Shown piece by piece: positions 1 through 13,740 of a stretch of DNA of 64,000 nt. Numbering within the stretch: the stretch's first letter is position 1; the number at the start of each line of letters is the position of its first letter. The notes under the pieces were generated by a model. The model was not told the DNA's origin, searched no databases, and saw nothing but the letters and a program-made list of their open reading frames with translations. Source of the stretch: Eledone cirrhosa (Eukaryota); NCBI GenBank assembly GCA_964016885.1, contig OZ024756.1:35712001-35776000 (forward strand). The letters are read 5' to 3'. A program made the position numbers and the translations under genes.

Positions 1-2326
1 AAGAAACATCAGTCAGATATTGGAACCTCTCCGTCAATGCCGAACATTAGAAACCTAGGAAAAGACAGATCGAGTTCACTCCGAAGAAAGAGTTCCCAAG
101 TGAGTACACACTCACATGAAAAACGATTCACAGGTTCATCGAAAAGCCTAGCAACTTTTTCGATCAGACGTCATGTGGATGGGACTCTACACATGGAAAA
201 TGTCAGTAACAAGATTTCAGAACAATGTAAAGGTGAAAAGTCATTTTATTCGGTCCCAAATGTGAAAAAACTTGCCAGTGAGACTCAACAAGTTGGTGGG
301 AAAGTAACGACTTCACTGGTTGACATTAGAAACAGTAAATTCTCGCTGTTGACTGATTTTCCCCAGTTTGATTCCATTCTGAATACAGATAAAACTGATC
401 AAACACACAGTAGTAAATGTGTGACCTTTTCTAAGCTTTCGACTGAGCAGGACATCAAAAGTTCATGGGCATCACTTTCATCGGGGACAAAAGTACTCCC
501 TAGAACAACATCTGTGGAACTCAAGTCTGGTGTGCTGCCCAACTCACAAACCTATGTTCAGTGTTCAAAAGATAAAAAATCCGTGCCAGAGAAGTGTGAA
601 AAACTTTCCAATTCACTTCTTGACCAGATTGCCGATTACTGGAAACCGCCGTCTATATTGAAACAGTTGTTCAACGCACCTATATTTATAGAAAGTTCCA
701 CAGATCCTATACCATTACAGGAAAACTGCAAGATTCCAAACTTACCCGAGATTGTTGAAAGTTTAAAGAAACCTCAACGTAAAAAATCTAAGAAACTAGG
801 TAACTCTTATGCCATTGTAGACCAAGCATTGAAGGACATGAAGTACAGGAATTTGTTGAACACTTACACTGATGAAGACCTTGCAGTGTTGCCTTCTCTT
901 TCGAATCCGTCAGTACAAGGAGAAAGAACCTTACTTTCGTCTGTTGATGATGTTAATGTCAGTAACATGGAAAACATTAGTGAAGAAACAAACCTAACAA
1001 AGATATATGGCACGCCAGTTGACATTTTAGCATCCCAGCAAGAAAAACAATTCACGTTTCAACAACCGTTTGGAAAGCCATCACAGTTAATAGTCGTTGA
1101 ATGTCCCCAAAATTACTCTGTTTCTAATGTTGATTCTGGTCAGTTTGTAGACCCAGCTAAATTCACCCAAGAAATATCAAAATCTGCAGATTTTCACATC
1201 AAATTTGATAGAGCTGAGAAGAGACCCTCAGCGTTTCGATCGTTTCCGACATCTTCATTAAACAACAATTATAATGAACATATAGACAACAGCCTAACTC
1301 CAGACCAGCAACGGCGAATATCTTTGCAGCACTACAACATTCGAGATGTGTCTGGGACAAACGTTGATACTGACAGCAAAATATTACAGCAGCAGCAATT
1401 ATTGCAACAACATCTCCAAAAATATCTGGAACCCTCTAGTTCTGGCAGTATTGTTGAAGTAGCAAGTGATGAAGATCTCAAAGCTAATGATAGATCCCCT
1501 AACTTCCCTTATATTGATGTTGAAGCTACTGTAAGACAGTCTTATGAGAATCAGAATCAACCCCACCAACAACCAAGGTTTTCGACAAGGTCTACCTATT
1601 ATGAAAGTTATGAAGAAGTGAAATACCTCACATCAAGAAAATTATCTTGTTTACCCCCCCTTTCGGAAGTTGAAAGCGATGAAATATCTACATTGTCTGA
1701 AATAAGTAATTCTTCTACTACCCAAACTACATCTGCCATCGATATGGTAAAACCCACTTTGAAAATCTTTACCTCTGCTGAACCATTACCTACAATAAAA
1801 ACGCCCAGAGAAGCTGTAACGAAAAATATGTCAAGAAAGAAATTAAATCAATCAACAAAAAGTATGACAGCTTTTCTAGCCGAAACAGCACCAAATAAAT
1901 GCCCTCCAGCCTACTATATGCGCAGCACAGGCAACCTGCAAAATAAGGCCACCTTTGCAGATGTTGTACTTGCTAGTACGAAAATGCTTCGTCACCAAAA
2001 ACCAGGATTATCAACGAGCTGTCTCGATATGGGAATGGTTGTTAGTAATCGAATATTTGATCAACAAAGAGAATTTGGCGCCCCTAAAACGGCCATTTCT
2101 TTGTCAGATATGAAATACATTGGAAGTAGAACAAGTCAGTCAAGCCCAAGTAATATGTCAAATTCGATGGCTGATGTAGGCTCGATGAGCAACAAATTAT
2201 CAAAAAGCGCAGGCAGAAGATATTCATATTCGATGTCAGATGTAAAGAATCTAAAGAATTCAATGTCAGGAAGCAACAAGGGATCCACCAAGTCACTCAG
2301 TAGGATTGGCTCTGCCATTATGAAAG
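1..2326 (+). CDS. Nav2: Giant coding exon (>=2326 nt, open from base 1), Ser/Thr/Gln/Lys-rich low-complexity segment, probable DII-DIII cytoplasmic linker of the channel
   Basis: Frame 1 is open from position 1 (KKHQSDIGTSPS, then MPNIR...) to a strong donor AAAG|GTAAGT at 2326/2327 (phase 1). This matches the phase-1 acceptor at 45376. No recognisable domain, so linkage to the channel is inferred from phase and position. Confidence 0.7.
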
Positions 2327-2966
2327 GTAAGTTTTTCTTCTGAATTATTGGTTTGTTTTTGTAAACGGAAAAAAAAAAATTAATTAATTAAACGTTAATA
2401 ATAGTGGATCATTGTTAAAAATGCAAGCCTTTTTAGAGTTCACTAGTTTTCACATGTCTAGGAATATCTTCTGTTAACGTTGAAACACCTTCATATTTCA
2501 CTGAATTAAAATTGTAAACACCTTGATTTCTTTTCACTAAATTACAATTGTAAACACGTTGATAATTCACTAAATTAAGATTGTAAACACGTTGATAATT
2601 CACTAAATTAAGATTGTAATGAAACTGATCTCAATTTGCAATGTTCAATAACATTTCATTGATTATACACAGAACACTTGCTTGATTGTACGTATTAACA
2701 GTGGTAACTAGAGAGATATTAGTGAAAGTAATTGTCTACAGATATAGGAAGTGGTACCTACAGTGTACAGTGTTACCAACAGTGATACTGTCTAGGTATA
2801 TGAGGGGTTACCTATAGCATTCACTGCTACAGTGATAGTCGTTGTCTAGATACACAAAGTGATACCTACATTTCATTAGATGCCGGGGAAAATATTGAGA
2901 TTTTTATTACATTATAATTATTTAGATGTTTAAAATTGCTCCCTCAACAGCACAATTTCCGTATAA

Positions 2967-3143
2967 GGTAAAATTCCGTTATAACGAATACCATTATAAA
3001 GATTTTTTCAGTATAACAAAATTTTTTTTCAATCCCTGGCCACACACTCGATGTGTTTCGATCAATCTCGTTATAAAGAATTTTTCGTTATAAAGAAGTT
3101 TTTTTATACCCTGTGAATTTCGTTATAACGGAATTTCACTGTA
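2967..3143. mobile_element. Tc1/mariner-like MITE remnant
   Basis: AAATTCCGTTATAACGAA ... TTCGTTATAACGGAATTTCACTGTA inverted ends and internal CGTTATAA subterminal repeats. Confidence 0.55.
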
Positions 3144-3416
3144 TAGATCGTCATCATCATCATCATCATCATCATTTTGTGTCCCTTTTCCAAGTTGAAT
3201 GGGTCATCATAGCCCAGGTCATCATAACCATATTTGTAGCTACTGCCATCTTAGATGGATCTAGGGATTGCATCTTGCTCATAAATTTCACTTTTGGCCT
3301 GGATTCTGTGAGCAGATGCCCTTCCTAGCACCAACCACTTTACACAGTCTACTCTGTGTGTATTTTATCCTGGCACCAGCATTACAGAGACTGTCTGCTG
3401 TTGCAGCCTAAAATAC

Positions 3417-3467
<51 letters not shown>

Positions 3468-3714
3468 AGTTCATTGTTCGGTGTGTAATTTATTCTGAGA
3501 GGTAATTTTAATTGATTTTTCAATGTCCAATTAATATTAATTTCAAGGCAACTAATATAGGAATAGTTTTGTCTGACCAAGAATATTGAAACATTTATTA
3601 GCTGCTTATGTAGTTATAGAAATAGACTTATTTAGCTTCTTCAGAATAACCCATTCCTAAGTGTCTATTATATTGCCATGATATATCTATGATATATTTA
3701 TATATACATATATA

Positions 3715-3780
<66 letters not shown>

Positions 3781-3990
3781 TCATATACATCTTAATTACT
3801 ATTGGAAGTTAAATTTCATTTTAGTAGTCTGGTTTATCAAGCTAGAAGATTTTACAAAATTTTATTTACGCTGGATAATAGAGAAGACTTTTTTCAAATA
3901 ACTATTTCTTATTTCTTTAGTCTCTTTCTCTTTCTTGTACTCTCTCTCTCTCACTCTCTCTCTCTCTCTCACACACTCTCTCGCTTTGTA

Positions 3991-4036
<46 letters not shown>

Positions 4037-4251
4037 ACACACACTCTCTCTATCCCGCTCTCTCACTGTCTCTTTCACACACACACTCAAACTTTTTCCT
4101 TATTAAGTTGGTATTTTGGAACATAATTCAACAAAGGTTCTTACATAAAATTATGATGGGAGATTTTTAGATAAATACAACCTTTTCTAAAATGAACAGT
4201 TTTGGTATCATAGAACCAGGGATGGTTTGAAGTGATTTGCTATAGAAATGT

Positions 4252-4480
4252 TTAACCCTTTAGCATTTACATTACTCTATATTTACTATTGTATTTTCAC
4301 AGTAAAGGTTTTACCTCACATAATTATCTCAAATAATATCGAATCTATGAGATTTTGATATTATTTATTTTGTAAACAATACCTTAACATCAGTATGAGT
4401 GGCTGGTTCCAGATGATTTGAACAGAAAGAGGTGTGAGAATAGTGGCCGGATATGACCGGTTTAAATGCTAAAGGGTTAA
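4252..4480. mobile_element. piggyBac-type MITE family 1 (copies also at 6507-6725, 16616-16796, about 29395-29612, 51444-51672, 52964-53189)
   Basis: TTAA-CCCTTTAGCATTTA ... TAAATGCTAAAGGG-TTAA terminal inverted repeats with TTAA target duplication; present in both orientations. Confidence 0.85.
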
Positions 4481-4737
4481 ACATACATGAAATTATTTTC
4501 CTAAAGTTGGAACAAGTGTAGTAAGTTCATATGTTCTGTATAATGACTCATTTCTAAATCAGACACCATTGAAATAGCTTCAGGTTGAAACATTTATAAT
4601 TTGTAATTGTTATAATTCTAATTAGACTGAATGAACAGTGGTAGTTGATGTGTATAGAAGTAGAATGGTAGAACAAATTGATGTATTCTGCAGGTTTTAG
4701 CTTGTATTGTGTTGTCGTTGTGGTGGCTGTGATGAAG

Positions 4738-5005
4738 TACAGTTGTGCCCTGGTATTCGTGGGGGTTACATCCCTAGAGCACCCACGAAGAGTGTGAAAA
4801 GCCGCGAATATTGGACACGGTCCATAAAAATGCCTATAAACGTCAAAACATAACGTAAAATATAGGCCAGCAAATGCGATATACCGTTATTAATAATTTA
4901 GTGTTAAAAAGCATAATATGCGGTGGTTTCCATGAACAATTATTAGTTAGGTTCTATGGAAAATTCCGCAAATGCTGGGACCGCGAATGCCAGGGGTACA
5001 CTGTA
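4738..5005. mobile_element. Tc1/mariner (pogo/Tigger-like) MITE
   Basis: TA-CAGTTGTGCCCTGGTATTCGTGG ... CCGCGAATGCCAGGGGTACACTG-TA imperfect TIRs with TA duplication. Confidence 0.65.
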
Positions 5006-5270
5006 TTATTAAATATTTAATGGTAGAAAAGCCTTTCTTCTACAACTTTCTTTTAGCCGAACTAGAAATCTTTAGTTTAGTGTTTGATGTGTTTAAAGAA
5101 CAACCCTGTTATCAAACTCAATAGAAAAATGTTTTTTTAGTACTTCTCTCTCTTTCTCATCCCTCTCTCTCTCTCCCTCTCTCTCCCTCTCTCTCTATAT
5201 ATATATATATATATATTAGCGTGTATATATGTATGTATATATATATATATATGTATGTATACATATATAG

Positions 5271-5303
<33 letters not shown>

Positions 5304-5547
5304 TACATATGTGTGTGTGTGTCTGTATATATATATATAAATATGGTTTCCACATTTTACATGTTTTGCAATGTCTCTCTATCAATATTATGAAAACTAA
5401 TTTGACTATTTCTATTTCTGTGAATGTATTGTTTTTTAAAGTATAACTTTAAAGAATTGGTCTAATATCATAAATTTCTGTGATTTTATGAATTTAAGAT
5501 GTAAAGACTACAGGTTCCCTCCTTGACTGGAGTACTCAAATGATATA

Positions 5548-6501
5548 TACACCATATACACTTGTATATAAGTCGCAGTGATAGATAAGTCACACTTCCT
5601 CTGTGTGTTTGTAATATTGCACCTTCAGCCTTTGACCTGTGCATAAGTCATGTGTTGCTCTTCATAGATGTTATTTGCAACATCAATTGCAGTTATGTTT
5701 AGCAAAAAAACAAACAATTGAAATAATCCTAGTCATTGCCAGTACAGTCTAGCAATTGTAGTTATGTTTAGGAAACAAATAATTGAAATAATCCTAGTCA
5801 TTGCCAGTACAGTCTAGCAATTGTAGTTATGTTTAGGAAACAAATAATTGAAATAATCCTAGTCATTGCCAGTACAGTCTAGCAATTGTAGTTATGTTTA
5901 GGAAACAAATAATTGAAATAATCCTAGCCATAGCCAGTACAGTCTAGCAATTGTAGTTATGTTTAGGAGAAAAAAACATTGAAATAATCCCTGTCACTGA
6001 CAGTACAGTCTAGCAATTGTAGTTATGCTTAGGAGAAAAAAAACAATTGAAATAATCCCAGCCATAGCCAGCACAGTCTAGCAAAGTCCTCGAACTATAG
6101 ATACAATAGCAATGTGTTTTTATGTCATTCAAGTACTAGTTGACTGACAATATATATAACATCCAATGGACATTGGGATTACAGCTAGTTGATAGAAAAC
6201 TATGTGTAAAGGTTCCACACATGTGGAAGTCGTTTTTGTTTTCATTTGTGACATCCTCAATTTACAACACTGATATTTATATAGTTAATATTGACATGAC
6301 CAACCCACCTTATAGGTTCAATTATTTGTTAGTGTGTGTATGTGTGTTTGAGTGTGTGTGTGTGTGTGCGTGCATGTGTGTTAATGAGTGCTGCACATTT
6401 CAAATCTATAGCAAGGTTTGGTAGATAAGTTGTATGCAATTCTTCACACATCTTTTTCTAGTAAAAAAAAAACATGTGACTTATCTATGAGTATATATGG
6501 C
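5548..6501. mobile_element. Decayed mariner/Tigger-like non-autonomous element containing a 65-bp tandem repeat (about 5690-6085)
   Basis: CCATATACACTTGTATATAAGTCGC ... GTGACTTATCTATGAGTATATATGG ends; internal units start at 5731, 5796 and 5861. Confidence 0.5.
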
Positions 6502-6810
6502 ATCTATTAACCCTTTAGCATTTAAACCAGCCAGAATTCTCTCACCTATTTCTGTTCAAACCAGCTGTAACTGGCCACTCACACCTACATTAAGGTATTG
6601 TTTTCAAAATAAATAACATCAAAATCTCGTAGGGTCAATATTATGTGAGATAATTATGTAAGATAAAGCCTTTACTGTGGAAATACAATAGTATATATAG
6701 AGTAATGTAAATGCTAAAGGGTCAAAATGGTGACTTATATATATGTATATATGGTACACCTTAACTGTATATATATATGATATATCTTAACTGTATGTGG
6801 TATATCTTAA

Positions 6811-6852
<42 letters not shown>

Positions 6853-6946
6853 TATATTTTAACTGTGTATATATATGGTATATCTTAACTATATATATAT
6901 ATATATATGGTATATCTTAACTGTATATATATATGGTATATCTTAA

Positions 6947-7006
<60 letters not shown>

Positions 7007-7108
7007 GGTATATCTTAAGTGTATATATGTATATATGGTATATCTTAACTGTATATATATACGTGCTATATCTTAACTCTATATATATATATATATGGTA
7101 CACCTTAA

Positions 7109-7187
<79 letters not shown>

Positions 7188-7216
7188 CTGTATATATATA
7201 TGTGGCATATCTTAAC

Positions 7217-7256
<40 letters not shown>

Positions 7257-7285
7257 CTGTATATATATATGTGGCATATCTTAAC

Positions 7286-7331
<46 letters not shown>

Positions 7332-7360
7332 CTGTATATATATATGTGGCATATCTTAAC

Positions 7361-7413
<53 letters not shown>

Positions 7414-7641
7414 TATATCTTAAAATCAGACAGAAATGGAAACAGTCAGAAAGTGTTTCCTAATAGCCAAACTGTATTGTTACAGCTCAGTGGCTTAGAG
7501 TAGAAGACATGTCTCTACTGGAATGATTGCTAGTAGAAATAGTGTAGTTACTGAGTCCTTTGTAATAATTTTAGTATTGTGTATTATATATATATATATA
7601 GGATATATATATATATATATATATAGGATATATATATGTTT

Positions 7642-7679
<38 letters not shown>

Positions 7680-7726
7680 TGTTGTATATAAACGTATTAT
7701 ATATGTTTATATGTTTTCATATACAC

Positions 7727-7763
<37 letters not shown>

Positions 7764-7786
7764 GATAGATATATATGATGTGCATC

Positions 7787-8130
7787 ATCATCATTTCATC
7801 ATTTCATTTTACGTCCGCTTTTCCCTGCTTGCAAGGGTGGGACGGGAACTGATTCTGGCTTGATTTCTACAGCTGGATGCCCTTCCTAACACCAACCTCA
7901 TTTACAGTGAGTGCTGGGTGCTTTTTTGCCGTGGCACCTACACGACCACTTTGCAGTGGAATGATAAGGACCTCAGTCCCTATCATCTCATTTCTACAGC
8001 TGAGTAAACTGGAGCAATGTGAAATAAAGTGTCTTGCTCAAGGAAACAACACACCACCCGGTCTGAGAATTGAACTCACAACCTTTCGATTGCAAGGCCA
8101 ATGCTCTAACCACTAAGCCATGTGCCTCCA
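7787..8130 (-). mobile_element. Composite SINE (tRNA head, CORE-like segment, RTE-type (GAT)n tail); near-identical copy at 60638-60970 (-), partial copy at 32455-32718 (+)
   Basis: The two copies align almost base for base; the minus-strand 3' end is GGACGTAAAATGATGATG. Confidence 0.8.
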
Positions 8131-8155
8131 TGTGCATATAAATACATATATGATG

Positions 8156-8402
<247 letters not shown>

Positions 8403-8440
8403 GGAACAAGTAAGACCCCGACGGCAGAGCTCAAGCCGTT

Positions 8441-8510
<70 letters not shown>

Positions 8511-8661
8511 TACATATATATATAAACATATATGTATGTATACATGTATATATAATATATATATATATATACATATATATGTATATATATATGATGTATG
8601 TGTATATATATATGTATATATATATATATAGAGAGAAAGAGAGAGAGAGATAGATAGATAC

Positions 8662-8694
<33 letters not shown>

Positions 8695-9214
8695 TACACA
8701 CACATATATATACATATACACACATATATATATATATATAGAAACAGTATACTTTGTTGTTTTCTGTCTTTTCATCCAATATTGGGAGTAAATTATAGTG
8801 GTGGTAGGTCGATATAGTAAAATGACAGACAAGGAGTGAGTGGAAAGCTTTGATTTCCTAACGAGGGTGGTGGGGTAACTATATCGGTAACTTTTATTCC
8901 AAAGTTCTATTCCAGCTGACACCTTTAATAAACCACCATCTTTCGGCCTTCAACATCTCTTTGGTTCCTTGCATTATATCAATTTAACAATATATGGTAG
9001 TGTAAGTGTATGTGTGCATATGTGTATGTGTGTATGTGTATGTGTGTATGTGTGTATGTGTGTATGTGTGTATGTGTGTATGTGCATGTATACCCACTCT
9101 ACATCTCACCAAGTATCGAGTACTCACATAATTAGTGGTCTCCTCGGTCTCAGCACTGCAGACTCTATTTATACATATATATATATATATATGAAATATA
9201 AGAATCAATGCTAA

Positions 9215-9257
<43 letters not shown>

Positions 9258-9272
9258 AAGAATCAATGCTAA

Positions 9273-9319
<47 letters not shown>

Positions 9320-9630
9320 GGGAAAAGCGGACGTAAAATGATGATGATGATGATGATGATGATGAAATGGAAAAGAATGAAACGAAATTTCATTTCTCAC
9401 TCTTAGTACGGCTGATACCTAAATATAAGTATGTATACGTACATACATATATGTGTACAGACGCACTGTAGTATGTATATTTATACATACATGCACACAT
9501 ATATATATGTACGTATGGGTTTACCGAACATTTATTATAATGTTCGGTTTGTTTGTAAACAAACAGCCCGAATTACACCGTACAGTGCTCGGCAACCATC
9601 GTCGCCCTTTTGTTCAACACTGACACAGGA

Positions 9631-9673
9631 ACGATGTACTAGTTTCAAGCTTATTAGCTATTGTCAGCATCGT
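9631..9673 (-). ncRNA. Degenerate minimal hammerhead ribozyme
   Basis: Reverse complement reads ACGAUG-CUGACAA-UAGCU-AAUA-AGCUU-GAAA-CUAG-UA-CAUCGU. The core has G8 changed to A (CUGACGA to CUGACAA), so it is probably inactive. Confidence 0.55.
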
Positions 9674-9850
9674 ATACCTTTCTGTCAGCTGATTGAACGT
9701 CTGTCAGATGATTGAATGTGTGCATGTATGTATATATATACATACTTCTGTGCGGCTGTACACATATATGTATGTAAGTATTTATATATATATATATATA
9801 TAATATCAATAATATTAATAAATGGAAAATATCTTTATAAAACCATATTT

Positions 9851-9909
9851 ATTTTATTATACGTATTTCAAAGGTACTAATATTTAAGTACGCTTTCATC
9901 AGATAAAAT
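9851..9909 (-). ncRNA. Minimal type I hammerhead ribozyme (Penelope-like-element type)
   Basis: Reverse complement reads AUUUUAU-CUGAUGA-AAGCGUACU...AGUACCUUU-GAAA-UACGUA-UA-AUAAAAU: 7-bp stem I, intact core and palindromic stem III. Confidence 0.75.
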
Positions 9910-10075
9910 ATAATAATTGGTGTAAAGATAGTGACATATCTTCATGTGAACTTCATGTTATAAGTTCAGTGAGGATATTATTGATATTAGTGATACTCTG
10001 GATAAAACTGTTGAGTGCTTCTAATCTGTTGTAAAATTAACTTTGTTGAATAATCAACAAACCAAATAACTCATT

Positions 10076-10112
<37 letters not shown>

Positions 10113-10120
<8 letters not shown>

Positions 10121-10270
10121 ATGTAGAAATGGCTTCTACAGGACTAGAACTGTTTCATTCAAATGAAACATTCTAGTCCTGTAGAAGCCTTTCTGTTTTA
10201 AATATTTATACTCTGTTTTGTATTGAGTACCTTACTTACTGTGGTTACCCCCCGATTGAACTCGGGATAC
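10113..10270 (+). mobile_element. Fold-back half-hammerhead element family B (also 46625-46815 and reversed 58723-58920)
   Basis: Palindrome GCTTCTACAGGACTAGAACTGTTTCATT / AATGAAACAGTTCTAGTCCTGTAGAAGC with tail GTATTGAGTACCTTACTTACTGTGGTTACCCC...GGGATA; mostly in (TA)n. Confidence 0.7.
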
Positions 10271-11039
10271 ACACATATATATATATATATTTATATATAT
10301 GTGTGTGCGTGTATATATATATATATAACCCTATTTATATATATATATGTACATATGTATACATATATGCATATGCATGTTTGTGTATGTATGTATATAT
10401 ATATATGTATATTTCTCTACCTCTCACACACACATAGAGACACACAGACACACACATCCTTATGTCTCTCCTCTCCATCTTCTAGTAATAGTGTTGTATT
10501 AGCACCAGTAGCTACTAAGTAAATCAGTCCGATGATCACATGAAATATGTACCAATAAACAAAAACAGTTTCACTTTAACAATAGTTCAATAAATACAAA
10601 AAATAAAACAAAACAAATTGTTAATTGGGAGATGTGAATTTCCAAGTCATCACCTCGAAATGGCAATAACTCGTCTTCTTCTTCTTCTTCTTCTTCTTCT
10701 TCTTCTTCTTCTTCTCGTTCTTCTTCTTCTTCTTCTTCTTCTTCTTCTTCTTCTTCTTCTTCTTCTTCTTCTTGTAGTGGTTTTAGTTGTTTTTCTCTCA
10801 CTCGTTAGTTTGTCAGTAATTAGTGAACTCGTTAATACATTTTAAATTCTCAACCAACATAGCCTCTGTGTAATTATCAATTAGAGAAAGCTGTTGCTTC
10901 TGTCACTTGTCTTTCTCTCTCACCTGGTGGCCACCTGGTTGTTGATAGTTGGGGGAGATGTCGCACCTGTGTGGACACAAATCTAATAGACACTAACACA
11001 CAATCACATATACACATACTCACATATATGCATATACAC

Positions 11040-12390
11040 ACATACACAGTCATACATACTTAATGACTTACTCATACACGCACACACAATCACACACACA
11101 TACAGTCACACAGTCATACACACATACAGTCATACACACACATACAGCCATACACACATACAGCCATACGCACATATACAGTCATACACACGCATACAGT
11201 CATACACACACACAGTCATACACACACATACAGCCATACACATACAGTCATATATACACATACAGCCATACACACACACAGTCATACACATATACAGTCA
11301 TACACACACATACAGCCATACACACACAGTCATACACACACATACAGCCATACACACACAGTCATACATACACATACAGCTATACATACACATACAGCCA
11401 TACACACAGTCATACATACACATACAGCTATACATACACATACAGCCATACACACACAGTCATACACAGGCAGTCATACACAGACAAACACACAGTCATA
11501 TGCACACATACAGTCATACACAGACAGTCATACACAGACAGTCATACACAGACAGTCATACACAGACAGTCATACACAGACAGTCATATACAGACCCAGT
11601 CATACACAGACAGTCATATACAGACAGTCATATACAGACAGTCATACATAGACACAGTCATACACAGACAGTCATACACAGACAGTCATATACAGACAGT
11701 CATACATAGACACAGTCATACACAGACAGTCATATACAGACAGTCATACGCAGACACAGTCATACACAGTCATATGCAGACAGTCATACACAGACAGTCA
11801 TACACAGATGTCATACACAGACAGTCATACACAGACAGAGTCATACACAGACAGTCATACACAGACAGTCATACACAGACAGTCATATACAGACACAGTC
11901 ATACACAGACAGTCATACACAGACACAGTCATACACAGACAGTCATACACAGACAGAGTCAAACACACAGTCATACACACACATACAGCCATACAGTCAT
12001 AAACACAGATACAGACATACGCACACAGTCAAACACAGTCATACTCACACATACACACATACACATACAGTCACACAGTCACATACACACACAGTGAAAC
12101 ACAGTCATACTCACACATACGCAGTCATACATACTTAATCACTTACTCATACACACCCCTAGTCATACTCACACACATAATCATACACACATACACACAC
12201 ACACACATACATACAGTCATACTTAATCACTTACTCATAAACACCCAGTCATACACACATACAGAGTCAAACACTGTCATACACACACTCACACACACAA
12301 ACTCACACACACACACAAACTCACACACACACAGAGTCAAACACTGTCATACACATACACACACATACACACACACACACACACACATAT
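11040..12390. repeat. (CAGTCATACACAGA)-type CA-rich minisatellite
   Basis: Direct inspection; source of the His/Thr/Ser/Tyr spurious ORFs. Confidence 0.9.
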
Positions 12391-12786
12391 ATACACAGCA
12401 GCAGTTGTTGTTGTCACTGTACAACAACAACTCACAACTAATTAGGAAGACGACAGAAAGTTTGTGTTGACCTTGTTTTTCATTTTGTTGATTATTGCAT
12501 CATAGACTGTGGAAATATAGTTAGAAACTCTCTTACAACATACAACTACTACTACTACTACTACTACTACTACAGCAACAAATACTACAACTACTACTAC
12601 TACTACTACTACTACAGCAACAAATACTACAACTACTACTACTACAGCAACAACTACTACAATATACAACAACTACTACTACTACAACTACTACTACAAC
12701 AACAACTACAACAACACATGTTCAAAAGATACTGCACATATTAGATGCACTTGCACTAATTCACATATGTGCATTCGTGCCTACAC

Positions 12787-13065
<279 letters not shown>

Positions 13066-13117
13066 ATATATATAAATATTTATATATTTATATATATATA
13101 TTATATATATAAATATT

Positions 13118-13148
<31 letters not shown>

Positions 13149-13180
13149 AGATCAAAAGATGGTTAAAGGAGTTCCATATA

Positions 13181-13247
13181 TTTTATTATGCGCATTTCAA
13201 AAACAAACATCATCAAGCAATAATATTTGTGTTTTCATCAGATAAAA
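13181..13247 (-). ncRNA. Minimal type I hammerhead ribozyme, related to 9851-9909
   Basis: Reverse complement reads UUUUAU-CUGAUGA-AAACACAAAUAUUAUU...UGAUGAUGUUUGUUUUU-GAAA-UGCGCA-UA-AUAAAA. Confidence 0.72.
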
Positions 13248-13567
13248 CAGGAGAACATGATATGAAGGCTAAAAAAACACTTGTTGATAGTGCAGTTTTA
13301 AATCAACATATATATATATATATATATCAACATATACATATATATATTTATATATATTATATATATACATATATATATATACATATTTATATATATATAT
13401 TTATATATGTATATATATACATATATATATATATATTATATATATATATGTTATATATATACATATATATACATATTTATATATATATACATATTTATAT
13501 ATATATACATATTTATATATATATTTATATATATATATATAAATATTTATATATATATATATATACA

Positions 13568-13623
<56 letters not shown>

Positions 13624-13647
13624 TTTATATATATATATTTATATATG

Positions 13648-13679
<32 letters not shown>

Positions 13680-13740
13680 TATATATACACACACACATAC
13701 ACACACATATATATATATATATATGTGTGTGTGTATAGTG

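Noticed and set aside
37-2343. Stand-alone 768-aa single-exon gene
   Set aside because: The frame is open upstream of the ATG to base 1, and a consensus donor lies 17 nt before the ORF end; better explained as an internal exon.
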